IMG/VR virus record: IMGVR_UViG_2636415425_000001
Location: 32,001 to 96,000 of that record
Length of the DNA: 64,000 nucleotides
Reading direction: 5' to 3' (one strand)
Origin: a virus
Lineage: Duplodnaviria; Caudoviricetes
Notes under the pieces: model-generated
The model's database searches: none
What the model was told of the DNA's origin: nothing
What the model saw: only the letters and a program-made list of their open reading frames with translations
Shown here: one piece after another, positions 1 through 9,699 of the stretch
Layout: every line of letters starts with the position of its first letter
Numbering within the stretch: position 1 is the stretch's first letter
Translations under genes and position numbers: made by a program

Positions 1-2424
1 CGCAGCACTGGTCGCCGTGATCGAGCGCTGCAGTTGGTCCATCGACTGACCAACCTTGGCCAGCTTCTGGTCGACGTCCGGCGCCGCGGCGAGGTCTTGA
101 AGCAGCTTCAGTTGGTTCTGGAGATCCTGCGTCTGGCCGATGATCGGCAGCGCGGTCCGAATGGCCTGCTGCTGGGCCAGCGACTGCTGCGCATTGCGCG
201 CTTCCTCGACAGCGGTCTTCTGGCGCTGGAGCGCGGCGGTAACCTTGTCGATCTGCGCTTGGGCGGCAGCGACGGCAGCGGGGTCAGCGATGGCCCCCAG
301 CATCCCGGTCTCCGGATTGACCGTCCGCCCGCCTGTCTTCTGCAGAAATTCGAGATTGCGCTGGGCCGCCTGCAACTGGGCGTCGAGCGTCTGCGCCGGA
401 TTCAAGACGTTGTAGATGCTCTTGCCAATCGAGTCCCAAGCGTTCGAAACGGTGTTGCCAAGCGCCGTCCATGCAGTCCGCGTCGTCGAGACGGTATTAG
501 CGACGTCCAGCAGGCTTGATTTCACGCCCGCCGCGAGCACCACCTGCGCGGCGTAGGTCTTGTTCTGAGCGACAAGGTTCGTGATGTTTTGCTTCGTCGC
601 GGCATCCAGGAAGCCGAGGCGCTGATTGAGATCTTCCGCGCCCTTCACCGGGTCGGCGAAGGCCTGCGCCAGCATCTTTGCCGCTTCCGTAGCGTCGACG
701 CCGAAGATAGTCGAGATGTCCTTGCCCATCTGTACGATCGGCAGGATGTTGTCGTTGGCGATTTTGCCGGTCTCGGCCAGCGTCGCCGCAAATGATCGCG
801 CCTCGGCGACCGAAAGCCCCGACCGGGATGAACCGGCGTCCGCGATCGAGTTGATGCTGCCAGGAGTGGCGCCGCTCGCGCGGCCGGATCCAAGGACCGA
901 CCGGTTCACCTCCTGCTGCTTGTTCTGAAATGAGATCAGGGCTGCCACGCCAAGCCCGATTGCGCCGGCGATGCCGCCCCACACCAGACGGCCAACGCTG
1001 AGCAGGCTCAGAAACTTCGACCCAATCACGCTCGCGAAATCCAAAATGCTGGCCTTCGACGACTGGAAGATCTGGAAGACCTGCCCGCCCTGCTGCGCCA
1101 GGATCATGAAAGGCGACTGACCGAGCGCGAGGCCGGTGACGACGTCGTTCAGCTGATAGGACAGGTTGACGAGTTCGCCGGACGCGACACGGCCTGTGGT
1201 GCTGGCGTTCTTCAGCTGCTGTTGCACGTCGGTCAGCCGCTTCGCCAGCATGACCTGGGCCTGCTCATACTCGCCGGTCGAGATGTAACCGTCGGCGAGC
1301 AGCTTCTTGTATGTGACCATCTCGGCGCCGAGCCGCTGGAATTCCGTCTCGAGCGGCGCGATCTTCGAGCGCAGTTGCTCAGCCGCCGCGGTCATCTTCT
1401 GCTCGGCCGCGATTGCCTCGTCGAATTCCGCAGCCATGGCGGCGCCGGCGGCGTCGATCTCCATGAAAGCAGCGGCTGACGCCCTCGCCGATTTGGTGAC
1501 CTGGTCGTAGCCGAACGCCTGCGCGATCGATTGCTGGGTGCTGGCAGCGAGATGCGCGGCTCGTGCCTGCTCGATCTGGTCGAGGCGCGCGACCTCTGCG
1601 GCAAGGGCTTCATAGGTCGCGCCCTGCGAGGTCGCCGAAGCGCCGCCACCACCCAGAGCCTCAGTTAGGCTGCGCTGGAAATTCGCACCGGCCTGCTCGG
1701 CACGCATCCGGGCGATGTCGTCCAACTGTCGCAGATTGGCATCGAAGACGCTGGCGGAGTCCTTCGCAGACTTCGCTGCACCGGCGATCATCAGCCGGTC
1801 GAGATCCGCGCCGAATGCCGCACCGGTTTCCTGCGCCTTGGCCCGAGCGACCCCCTCGAGCCCGCCGTACTGCGCCAGGAAGGCGTCCGCACTATCCTTG
1901 GCCGACTTCGAATCGCCGCCGATGCCGAACGTGGCATTGATATCGGCTTGTGACTTCTGCGCCGTCGCCAATTGCTCGATCGCTGTCGCGGCACGGGTCG
2001 CGACCTCGGCATGGATCGAATATTCGTCGTTCAGCTGCCTGACGGCCGAGGTGATGGAGACCAAACCCTTCTCGGCTAGCGACGTGGCATCGGCGGTGAG
2101 CCCAAACTTCCGATAGGCCGCATCCAGGAGCAGGTTGGCCCGGTCGAGACCCATGCCACGGTCAACGGCGTTGCCAATCCGGCGGATAATCGCCTCGAAC
2201 TGCGCACCGGCGCCGTAGCCATCCAGCAAGGCCTTGCTGACAGAGGCCATGCCGCCCGGGATCCGAGCCAGCGCCGCATCCTGCTGCGCCAAGGCCGCGT
2301 TCAGGGCCTTGTCGCTCGCGATCATGCGATTGTCGGCGTCGACCTTCTGCTGGGCGCCACGGACATAGCCCGTGGCGTCGTAGTCAGAGGTGACTCGGAG
2401 AGACGACAGAGCTACTCCCGCCAT
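1..2424 (-). CDS. Tail tape measure protein (N-terminal part; runs off the left edge)
   Basis: Read by hand from ATG 2424 (SD GGAGGGGG upstream): MAGVALSSLRVTSDYDATGY... It is Ala/Gln-rich and contains the lambda-type TMP motif LSYQLNDVVTGLALGQSPFMILAQQGGQV. It follows the tail chaperones. Confidence 0.9.
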   Translation of the reverse strand, partial: MAGVALSSLRVTSDYDATGYVRGAQQKVDADNRMIASDKALNAALAQQDAALARIPGGMASVSKALLDGYGAGAQFEAIIRRIGNAVDRGMGLDRANLLLDAAYRKFGLTADATSLAEKGLVSITSAVRQLNDEYSIHAEVATRAATAIEQLATAQKSQADINATFGIGGDSKSAKDSADAFLAQYGGLEGVARAKAQETGAAFGADLDRLMIAGAAKSAKDSASVFDANLRQLDDIARMRAEQAGANFQRSLTEALGGGGASATSQGATYEALAAEVARLDQIEQARAAHLAASTQQSIAQAFGYDQVTKSARASAAAFMEIDAAGAAMAAEFDEAIAAEQKMTAAAEQLRSKIAPLETEFQRLGAEMVTYKKLLADGYISTGEYEQAQVMLAKRLTDVQQQLKNASTTGRVASGELVNLSYQLNDVVTGLALGQSPFMILAQQGGQVFQIFQSSKASILDFASVIGSKFLSLLSVGRLVWGGIAGAIGLGVAALISFQNKQQEVNRSVLGSGRASGATPGSINSIADAGSSRSGLSVAEARSFAATLAETGKIANDNILPIVQMGKDISTIFGVDATEAAKMLAQAFADPVKGAEDLNQRLGFLDAATKQNITNLVAQNKTYAAQVVLAAGVKSSLLDVANTVSTTRTAWTALGNTVSNAWDSIGKSIYNVLNPAQTLDAQLQAAQRNLEFLQKTGGRTVNPETGMLGAIADPAAVAAAQAQIDKVTAALQRQKTAVEEARNAQQSLAQQQAIRTALPIIGQTQDLQNQLKLLQDLAAAPDVDQKLAKVGQSMDQLQRSITATSAA

Positions 2425-2824
2425 GATATCCCCCCTCCGTCATCCGCTTGCGGTTGTCTTCCGCCTCCCTCTCCTTCCGTGCTTCACGCGCGACGTGCTC
2501 GAGGTATTCCTCGTCCAAGCCGCCGACGAGCGCCAAGAACGTCTCGAACTCGACGCCACAGATACCGTAGCGCCGCGCATAAGCATCGATTGAGAGGAAG
2601 GTGATGGGCGACTCTCCGCCCATGGCGCCGTATTGGCGATCGAACCGAAGCGCGTGCCAGGCTCGCCAGTACGTTTCGGCCCAGAATGGAAGCGAAGCTT
2701 CATCCGGGCGCTCGGCCTGCGCCGCAAACTCTGCGGCGTCAGGGTCTTCTTCGGCGAGCTCGGCGAGCCAATCGTCCGTGCCCTTCTGCTCGAGCTCGTA
2801 GCGAAGGGCCGCCCTCAGTTTTTT
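2384..2824 (-). CDS. Tail assembly chaperone frameshift extension (gpT-like), -1 frame
   Basis: The -1 frame is open from the slippery site (KLRAALRYELEQKGTDDWL...FWAETYWRAWHALRFDRQYGAMGGESPITFLSIDAYARRYG) to the stop at 2384. Confidence 0.8.
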   Translation of the reverse strand, partial: KKLRAALRYELEQKGTDDWLAELAEEDPDAAEFAAQAERPDEASLPFWAETYWRAWHALRFDRQYGAMGGESPITFLSIDAYARRYGICGVEFETFLALVGGLDEEYLEHVAREARKEREAEDNRKRMTEGGYHGGSSSVVSPSHL

Positions 2825-3261
2825 ACTTTGGCCGCGACGAACTCGGCCTCATCACGACCGACCCGCATTGCGGCGGCATAGATCGAGCCTCGGATATAGC
2901 GGTACTCCGGATCGGTCAGGATCTCGGTCGCCTTCTCCTTCGAGAACAAGATGTCCTGCTCGTCATCATCGACCAAGCCGTCCCAGCCGAGAAGCAAGTG
3001 CTCCACGGCAAGTTCGCCATAGGCGTCGGCGAGGATCTCATCCGGAACGCTGTCACCGTGCTTGCGGGCCAGCTTGGCGGCGATCGCATCGCGAGCGATC
3101 CTGAACGGTGCGTAGTTCGTCGACCGGACGAACCACTTGATTGCACCGCCGGCGTCAATATCAAGAGCCGGTATCCAGTCGCCTTCGCGCTCCTTCTGGC
3201 TGTCGGCCCTCATTGAGGACAGTTTCAACTTACGCACGGTCTTTTCGGGGGTTTCAGTCAT
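2815..3261 (-). CDS. Tail assembly chaperone (gpG-like)
   Basis: 148 aa with an LLLGWDGL motif, upstream of TMP, ending GTA AAA AAC TGA. Confidence 0.85.
   Translation of the reverse strand: MTETPEKTVRKLKLSSMRADSQKEREGDWIPALDIDAGGAIKWFVRSTNYAPFRIARDAIAAKLARKHGDSVPDEILADAYGELAVEHLLLGWDGLVDDDEQDILFSKEKATEILTDPEYRYIRGSIYAAAMRVGRDEAEFVAAKVKN
2818..2824 (-). other. Programmed -1 ribosomal frameshift heptamer A AAA AAC
   Basis: X XXY YYZ heptamer directly before the gpG stop; the -1 frame joins ORF 2384..2623. Confidence 0.8.
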
Positions 3262-3431
3262 GGTTTGGTGTCACCTTGGAGAAACAAGGGAACCTGGCTG
3301 GCGCCAGGGGTGAGACCGCACTTCACGAGGACACCAATCCTCTACCGGCATCAACCGGTCCTGAAGGCGGAGAAAGATGGAGATAGGGTGAGCGAAATGT
3401 CCGGCGCGATCGGCGCAGCCGCAACACTTCG

Positions 3432-4664
3432 TTATTGAAGCTGCGGAGGCGTCGGAGGCGCCGACGGAGTGTTCCGATACGAGTTATACTGCGACAGCGT
3501 CACCGAGAAGGCGATGCCGCCCGGATTGTTCGGACCCGTGATCAGCAGCCGCGCATCAGTCACTGACGACGTGATGGCGAAATTGAACTGGGCTCGCCCG
3601 GCGGTGGCCGGCAACGGCTGGATCGTACTGATGGGCGAGGTGCCCGATATGACAGTCCAAACGCAAGGATTTCCAGCGGTGCAGCCTGTCTCTGCCGATA
3701 TATCGGCGGAAGCCCAATAGGTGTCGCCACTGTTCAACGTTCCGATCGGGACGCCGCCGCCTAGCGGATAGGCGGAAGCCGAGATCGTTATCGACCCGGC
3801 GCTATTCCATACCGCACTGCCACCGAACGCCGGATCGCCGACGAAGCCGGATGCATTGGTCGGGAAGGTCGTCTCGAGCACGGTGTTGAGCGTCGGAAAC
3901 GGATAGCTGGTTGTCGCCTCTACAGTGCAGCGATTGATCTGCAGGAGATTGTCGAGGAATTCAGAAAATACCCAAGACCCGGCATATGTCGCCAGCTGCG
4001 GATCGTGCACGGTCTGACTGCCGAGCACGGCGCCGGTCGCCGCGTTGCGCATTACCATGGAGGCGTTTGTGCCCCCATCGTAATTCAGCTCACTCTGGTA
4101 TTGAACGCCTGACACCAGTGTGTAGTTGGCGGAAACCCACCACGCGGGCAGAGTGAAGTTTGCGCCATTCACGCCGAGACGCAGGAGGAAGAACGTTGCG
4201 TCACTCTCGCCGTGCAGATAGGGCAGCGTTCCGGTGGTGTCGTTGGTGAACGCATAGGTTGGCGGCGTGTTCACCGTGCCGGATGGATAATTCCACAGGC
4301 ACGACATCCGACGCGGCACTTGCCCGAACTTCTGAAATGCGTACAGGACTTGGCTCCCGACCGGCAGCGTCATCCGGCCGCCGCCCGCGATGCCGTTCGC
4401 CGCGCCAGTGCCGCTGGCCTGATACGCCGGCCCCTTCGGCGGGATGCGACCATTCAGCGATGTCGTCTTGCCTGTGTAGTCGTCATAGCCGAGATATTTC
4501 GAGAACGGAGCCGGCTTGCCGAGCAGCGATGTCTGCCGGCTTTGATCGAAGGCGTGAGCTTCGGTCACATGTTGCAGGAAATTGATGAAGACTGCGATGA
4601 AGGCGATCAGCGCGAGGATCGGAACAGTCCAACTCAACCACCGGGGGATGGGACGGTTATGCAT
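3432..4664 (-). CDS. Beta-rich protein with N-terminal signal/TM segment (possible lectin/carbohydrate-binding fibre)
   Basis: 410 aa; hydrophobic N-terminus WTVPILALIAFIAVFINFL...EAHA; Thr/Gly/Ser/aromatic-rich. Confidence 0.6.
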   Translation of the reverse strand: MHNRPIPRWLSWTVPILALIAFIAVFINFLQHVTEAHAFDQSRQTSLLGKPAPFSKYLGYDDYTGKTTSLNGRIPPKGPAYQASGTGAANGIAGGGRMTLPVGSQVLYAFQKFGQVPRRMSCLWNYPSGTVNTPPTYAFTNDTTGTLPYLHGESDATFFLLRLGVNGANFTLPAWWVSANYTLVSGVQYQSELNYDGGTNASMVMRNAATGAVLGSQTVHDPQLATYAGSWVFSEFLDNLLQINRCTVEATTSYPFPTLNTVLETTFPTNASGFVGDPAFGGSAVWNSAGSITISASAYPLGGGVPIGTLNSGDTYWASADISAETGCTAGNPCVWTVISGTSPISTIQPLPATAGRAQFNFAITSSVTDARLLITGPNNPGGIAFSVTLSQYNSYRNTPSAPPTPPQLQ

Positions 4665-5716
4665 CAGTTGAGCCCCACCGTCGCGATACCGACGCGCAGC
4701 ACCTCCCCGCTTACCGGCACATACGGGTTGGTCACCTCAACCATGCCGATGATGTTCTGCGTGCCCGACGTACATTGCGCCTGATACGGTGCCCCGGACA
4801 GGCTCACGCCGCTGTTGGAGCCGGACGATTGATTGCTGCCGAGCGTGAACGGGGTGCCGTTGAAACTACCTGTCAGGTTGGCGAAGTCGGCTGACGTGAT
4901 GTTGAAGGCCGCATTGTCGTTCACATTCGTGCCAGGCGTCGCCGAGAACAACCACAACACGCCACTCAGCTTCAGCGTCGGGTTGGCGCTCGACCAGATG
5001 TCGGTACGCGTGATCAGAACCTGGCCACCGTTCACGCGGCAGACACCGCTGAGCGTGAAGAAGTTCGTCGCGCCCGAGGTCGCATTATTCCAGCCGGTGT
5101 TGACCGTGTATGTGGTCGTGTTGGCTGGCCGGGTAATCGAGGCCGTCGCGTATGCCGCGAACCCGGCGCCGATAGCGTTGCCCGACGCATCAACGTTCTG
5201 GGTCTTCTGGGTACCGTTTGTCTGGTTCGCCGCGGTGGCTGCTCCAGATGGTAGGTTGACGGTCAGCGTTCCGGCCAGGAGCGCGCGGACCGCCTCGAGC
5301 TTGACTCCCTGATAGCGGTTGATCGCCATCAGGCTGGCTGCGCTGGAGCCGTCCCAGGTCGAATTGGCCTGCGCGCCGATGGAGGTATCGATGTTGCCGA
5401 CAGACGTGTTGCCGGTTGCCTGGTTTGCTGCGGTTGCGGCTCCGTTCAACGTGCCAAGATTGAAAGTCGGCGTCGATGCAAAGCCGGGCAGCAGGACGCC
5501 CGTTCCGAACTGAAACGAGAGCGGATTGGCCGCCGTACCAACCGCGGTGCCGGCACTATCCGTCAAGTAATGCGGGACGATGCACACCACGCTCGTGCAG
5601 TCGCCGCTGCTCTTGAATGTGAGCGTCGCGCCATCCTTATTTTTGCTGGTGAAGTCAGCACAAGCGGGACCGACCAGTGCAGCAATCAGGGCAAGAGCGA
5701 GCGATATCCTGCGCAT
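4664..5716 (-). CDS. Signal-peptide-bearing fibre/spike-like protein
   Basis: 350 aa; MRRISLALALIAALVGPACA signal; internal GAATAANQ repeat (twice); beta-rich C-terminal domain. Confidence 0.65.
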   Translation of the reverse strand: MRRISLALALIAALVGPACADFTSKNKDGATLTFKSSGDCTSVVCIVPHYLTDSAGTAVGTAANPLSFQFGTGVLLPGFASTPTFNLGTLNGAATAANQATGNTSVGNIDTSIGAQANSTWDGSSAASLMAINRYQGVKLEAVRALLAGTLTVNLPSGAATAANQTNGTQKTQNVDASGNAIGAGFAAYATASITRPANTTTYTVNTGWNNATSGATNFFTLSGVCRVNGGQVLITRTDIWSSANPTLKLSGVLWLFSATPGTNVNDNAAFNITSADFANLTGSFNGTPFTLGSNQSSGSNSGVSLSGAPYQAQCTSGTQNIIGMVEVTNPYVPVSGEVLRVGIATVGLN

Positions 5717-5725
5717 AGCGGCTCC

Positions 5726-5956
5726 TTAGAAAAGGGCTGAAAAAATCGAGGTCTGGCAGCTGTCAGAGAAGTCGATCTGGCCCTGACCGGTGCAGCCGAC
5801 CGGCTGGACACCTCCGGACTGCTTCTTCATAACGGCGCGGCCCATCTTCCCGACGCTGACGCCATACTTGCCGACACCGAGAGCCTGCACGTCGGTGCCC
5901 AAAAAGGCGGAGGCGAGCAGAGCGGCCACCGCAAACGCGGCGATAGCGCGCTTCAT
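5726..5956 (-). CDS. Small signal-peptide protein with a Cys pair
   Basis: 76 aa from ATG 5956 (ATGA-coupled to the upstream gene): MKRAIAAFAVAALLASAFLGTDVQA...CTGQGQIDFSDSC. Confidence 0.6.
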   Translation of the reverse strand: MKRAIAAFAVAALLASAFLGTDVQALGVGKYGVSVGKMGRAVMKKQSGGVQPVGCTGQGQIDFSDSCQTSIFSALF

Positions 5957-6324
5957 GGATTGGCCACGATCGAGATGATCTGGCCGGCCTTCACTCCGAA
6001 ATATTCCGGGGCATCCGGTCCCAGCGGAGTGTTCGCAGTCGTTGCAGCGGTCGATCCCGCGGGACCAATGGACACCGCGCACCTGGTGTCGCAATTGACG
6101 CGGATATAGGTCGTCCCGACTGAGAACGCCGCCGACTCGGCATGACCGCCCGAGAAGTCAATCAGAGGCTGCTCCACCGCAGGAGGCATCGCCGCAATCT
6201 GCAATCGAACGTTCATTGCGGCTGCGCCGGCCTCGGTAAACTCGGCGATATGTGCCTTCGCCGCGAATGCCGGGCTTCCGCCCAGCAAAACGGTAGCCGC
6301 GATCAGCGCCATGACCCTGTTCAT
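5953..6324 (-). CDS. Small signal-peptide beta-sandwich protein (possible spike-base/decoration-like)
   Basis: 123 aa; MNRVMALIAATVLLGGSPAFA signal; TTYIRVNCDTRC...PEYFGVKAGQIISIV. Confidence 0.65.
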   Translation of the reverse strand: MNRVMALIAATVLLGGSPAFAAKAHIAEFTEAGAAAMNVRLQIAAMPPAVEQPLIDFSGGHAESAAFSVGTTYIRVNCDTRCAVSIGPAGSTAATTANTPLGPDAPEYFGVKAGQIISIVANP

Positions 6325-6372
6325 GTCGTTTAGCCTCGTTTTCGCGATGTGGGAGAGCGGCGGATCAGGCGC

Positions 6373-7854
6373 TTATTCGACATACTCGAGCCGATCGAGG
6401 AGTACGTGCGCATTGGTCACGACGTCCTGCGAGGCCTGGTAATCGAAGTCCGCCATGACGTCCGTATTCTTGGCAGTGGCCTGCGGGTTGCCGCCGCCGC
6501 GGTACACGGCGCGCGGCACCTGGAAGATCAGGGCTTGGCCGTTCTTCGAGATGCGCGAATTGATCGGCCGCGGCGTGCCGTTGTAGAAGGCCTGCACCTC
6601 GGTCGCGCTGCCGAAGTACGTCGTGACCTTGCCGGTCACGGTGCACTCACCGTCGTTGATCGCCACCGGAGCGTCGGAGTCGACAGCGTCCAGCGTCCGG
6701 AGGTTGTTGTTGATCTGGATCGAGAAGCCCTTCGCCCAGTTCGGCGCGCCCAACTGCAGCTGGTTGACGCCCAGGCGCCCCACGTTGGCGTTTGCGGCCA
6801 TGACGACGCCCGTGGTGACGGGATCCGGGCTGGCGTCCAAAGGCACCGTCCCGATGCTGCCGCCGAGACCCGTGAACGTTGCCTGCCACTTCAACTTGTC
6901 GCCGCTCTGCATGTCGACATTGAAGGTGTTGGCCTGCATGCCGATGTTCACGATGTAGGACGGCACCGGCTGGCCGAGGAAGCCGCGCTCGATCGTCACG
7001 GAGTTCGGCAGGACGCCGTTCTTGATCTGGTCGCCAAAGAAGGCCCAGATCGTCTTGCCCGTGCCGGCATCGGCTGCCCAGCCCGACGGCAGATTGTCCA
7101 GCGTCAGCTTCTGAGCCGCGATCGCGGTGACGCGCGCATATGCGGCCGCTCGCGCCTTCGCCCCGGCAGTGACCAGGAACGCAAACTGGGTGATATCGGC
7201 ACCGCCGCCGACCTTGATCCACTGACCGACGACAAGCCCGAGGGTGGTGAAGTCGAGCGCGGTCGAACCGAGACCGTCAACCAAGGCCGTGATGTCGCCC
7301 GCAACGCCGGCAAAGCCAACGACCTTCAACTTGGCGGTGCCGGGAGGTGCTGCTTCCGCCACCAGGCCGGCCGCGCCGACGATTGTGGTTCCGGTTGAGG
7401 CAGACGCTCGGAAGACCTGGTTGTTGGCTGCCTGGCCGAAGCCGCTCGCGCGCACCAGCATGCCCACCTTCACCGCGGCGCCGCCCGACGCCACGGCATA
7501 GGTCGAGGCGGTCGTGCCAGCATCGGTGATGATGCTGTCGGCGACGCCATCGTTGAAGAACTGCGGGGTGTTCACCCAGACGCTCTCGAAGGCCGACATC
7601 AGGATCTCGGACAGCGGCGAGCCGTCGTCCGGATACGAGATTTCACCGTTCAGCCCGCCCGACGATGCCTGGTTCGTCTTGATTGGGTCACCGAGCATGC
7701 GGTCGTCTCGGATTTCCTCCGAGTCCACATACGTCGGACCATACTGGAGCGACTCGCCGGTCATTCTGACCTTGCGCATGCGAGGCGTCGTCGGGGTTAC
7801 TCCCGGCGTGGTCTCCCGAACGAGCGTTACTTGCGTGCGGTTGGCTGAGGTCAC
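6373..7854 (-). CDS. Major tail tube protein
   Basis: 493 aa; N-terminus RETTPGVTP...RMTGESL...SEEIRDDR is typical of siphophage tube proteins; position after the tail terminator. Confidence 0.85.
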   Translation of the reverse strand: MTSANRTQVTLVRETTPGVTPTTPRMRKVRMTGESLQYGPTYVDSEEIRDDRMLGDPIKTNQASSGGLNGEISYPDDGSPLSEILMSAFESVWVNTPQFFNDGVADSIITDAGTTASTYAVASGGAAVKVGMLVRASGFGQAANNQVFRASASTGTTIVGAAGLVAEAAPPGTAKLKVVGFAGVAGDITALVDGLGSTALDFTTLGLVVGQWIKVGGGADITQFAFLVTAGAKARAAAYARVTAIAAQKLTLDNLPSGWAADAGTGKTIWAFFGDQIKNGVLPNSVTIERGFLGQPVPSYIVNIGMQANTFNVDMQSGDKLKWQATFTGLGGSIGTVPLDASPDPVTTGVVMAANANVGRLGVNQLQLGAPNWAKGFSIQINNNLRTLDAVDSDAPVAINDGECTVTGKVTTYFGSATEVQAFYNGTPRPINSRISKNGQALIFQVPRAVYRGGGNPQATAKNTDVMADFDYQASQDVVTNAHVLLDRLEYVE

Positions 7855-7865
7855 GGCTTTCTCCC

Positions 7866-7891
7866 AAAGAAAAAGGCGCCAGAGGCGCCTT
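7866..7891 (-). terminator. Terminator-like hairpin plus U-tract directly before the tail tube SD
   Basis: Minus strand AAGGCGCC-TCT-GGCGCCTT-TTTCTTT, then GGGAG and the GTG start. Confidence 0.45.
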
Positions 7892-7919
7892 GCGTGAGGT
7901 CAGGAATTGTGGGTGATGA

Positions 7920-8174
7920 CTATTTTTCGGACGTCGGCGGAGCTGCCTTCGGGAGCGGCTCGGGCTTGTCCGGCGCGACGAACACGGGCGCCGACGGCGG
8001 GCCTGGCAGCGGCGCAGGCTTGTCGCCCTGCTCCTTGATGAAGCCGCGCGACTTCAGCGTCTCGATGGTGTGCGGCTCGATATGATCGTCCGAGCGGACA
8101 ACGTTGCTGCGGTCGTCATCGGGCTTGAAGCGGCGGTTCACGGTGTTGAACGGCTTCACGACGTCATAGTCCAT
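7920..8174 (-). CDS. Hypothetical virion-operon protein
   Basis: 84 aa with a Pro-rich C-terminus, in operon with an SD. Confidence 0.65.
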   Translation of the reverse strand: MDYDVVKPFNTVNRRFKPDDDRSNVVRSDDHIEPHTIETLKSRGFIKEQGDKPAPLPGPPSAPVFVAPDKPEPLPKAAPPTSEK

Positions 8175-8183
8175 TGCTGTCTC

Positions 8184-8663
8184 CTATTCGGCCTCGGTCA
8201 GGCGCCATTCAATGCTGACGGACATCAGGTAATAGTTCGCGTTCTCGGCTCCGGGATCACCGGCGCCCATGTCGGCGTCCAAGAACTCGAGGCGATCATT
8301 GAGCATCGTCTTGCCGCGGAACATGTTCGCGAGTCCCTTGGCGATCCGGCGAGCGTCGCGCGATCCAATGCCGCGAGGCGTGAAGACGTGGAACCAGAGC
8401 GTTCCTTCCTCATCCCAGCGATTGCCGCCGGGATCGACACCGCCGCCGATCGATTGTTGCCCGTACAACTGGCTGTTCAGGATGACCAGAACCCAACTCT
8501 TGATCTCTCCACTCGGAGAACTGTCTCCCTCGTTCTCGTAAACGAGCGGCGCGACGCTGAAATCCCAGTCGCCCGCTACCAACTGGTTATTGGTGACATC
8601 GACGTAACCAAGATAGCCGCGGATCGCGTCGAACACCTCGTCGTACGGTTGATCCACCATCAC
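8184..8663 (-). CDS. Tail terminator-like protein
   Basis: 159 aa; GTLWFHVFTPRGIGS motif; position before the tube gene. Confidence 0.7.
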   Translation of the reverse strand: MMVDQPYDEVFDAIRGYLGYVDVTNNQLVAGDWDFSVAPLVYENEGDSSPSGEIKSWVLVILNSQLYGQQSIGGGVDPGGNRWDEEGTLWFHVFTPRGIGSRDARRIAKGLANMFRGKTMLNDRLEFLDADMGAGDPGAENANYYLMSVSIEWRLTEAE

Positions 8664-9313
8664 TCGACCTTCATCGTCATGACCAGCGCCGGGTATGTCA
8701 TCTGCGCACCGGCCGCGGTGTCAGCCCTGAGCCTCGTTCTGGCGAACGGGCGATAGCCGCGCCGGAACTTCCCCTTCAGGATGTAGCCGCCAGGCAGCGT
8801 AATCATCGTCCGCTTGGCCGTGACGAAGTTGCCGAACCGCGCCATGACCATCTTCCGAACGTCTTCGATAATGCCCGGCGGCACCGACATCCGCATGTGA
8901 CCGACGTCGATCTTGCGGCTGTAAGGCCGATTGTTCGTCAATATGACGGTCGAGTTGATCGAGATGGTGTCGAAGTTCGCTACCACGCCGCCAGGCGTCA
9001 TGATGAACCACGACTTCTTGTAGTCGCCGGACTTCTCCGGTGATCTATCGACCGCGGCTTGCAGCGCGAGCTCGATAATTTCCTGCCACCACCTGAAGAC
9101 GTAGAGAATCGGCCCCGGCGGCTCGACCGTGTCTTCGTCGGCTTCGGGACGACCGTTGACGTACTTGTCGTAGCGCTCGGACCCGACGCCTTCCTGGATG
9201 GCCTTCGACAGTTCGGAGCGAGCGAAGGCCGCCAGTTCCCTTGCGATGTTCTCCGGCGCGATCCCGGCGGTTGCCAACTGGAGATCGCGCGCGAACGTCG
9301 AGATCCTGGCCAT
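8660..9313 (-). CDS. Tail completion/neck protein (HK97 gp10-like)
   Basis: 217 aa; RSPEKSGDYKKSW...TNNRPYSRKI motif. Confidence 0.7.
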   Translation of the reverse strand: MARISTFARDLQLATAGIAPENIARELAAFARSELSKAIQEGVGSERYDKYVNGRPEADEDTVEPPGPILYVFRWWQEIIELALQAAVDRSPEKSGDYKKSWFIMTPGGVVANFDTISINSTVILTNNRPYSRKIDVGHMRMSVPPGIIEDVRKMVMARFGNFVTAKRTMITLPGGYILKGKFRRGYRPFARTRLRADTAAGAQMTYPALVMTMKVE

Positions 9314-9315
9314 CG

Positions 9316-9696
9316 CTAACCGTCTACCATCATCTTGACGCGGACAATCTCGCCATTTACGGCGATAGCGTCGCTCGCCTTCACCGTCTTCGGCTTGCCT
9401 TTGATGACTACGACATCGCCGATCACCGGAATGCCGGGGTCAACATCGAACGGCGGGGCCGGCCGTGGTGGCGCATGCTGCGGCCAGCCCGCAGCCCTGA
9501 TTTGCGTCATCGAGATGATGACGACCGACGGCTCTTTATAGATACCCTTTGTGAGTTCCTCAGCGTTGAGGCGATAGCTTCGGACGTGCGCACGGACTGG
9601 GACCTCGTCCTTGTTCGCGCCGATATTGCGGCGAAGGACGATGTCCTCGCCCTCGGCCTGCAACGATGCATCGAGGTCGTCGATGTGGTCGCTCAT
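9316..9696 (-). CDS. Head closure/head-tail joining protein
   Basis: 126 aa; synteny after the adaptor; GDVVVIKGK beta pattern. Confidence 0.6.
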   Translation of the reverse strand: MSDHIDDLDASLQAEGEDIVLRRNIGANKDEVPVRAHVRSYRLNAEELTKGIYKEPSVVIISMTQIRAAGWPQHAPPRPAPPFDVDPGIPVIGDVVVIKGKPKTVKASDAIAVNGEIVRVKMMVDG

Positions 9697-9699
9697 GGC

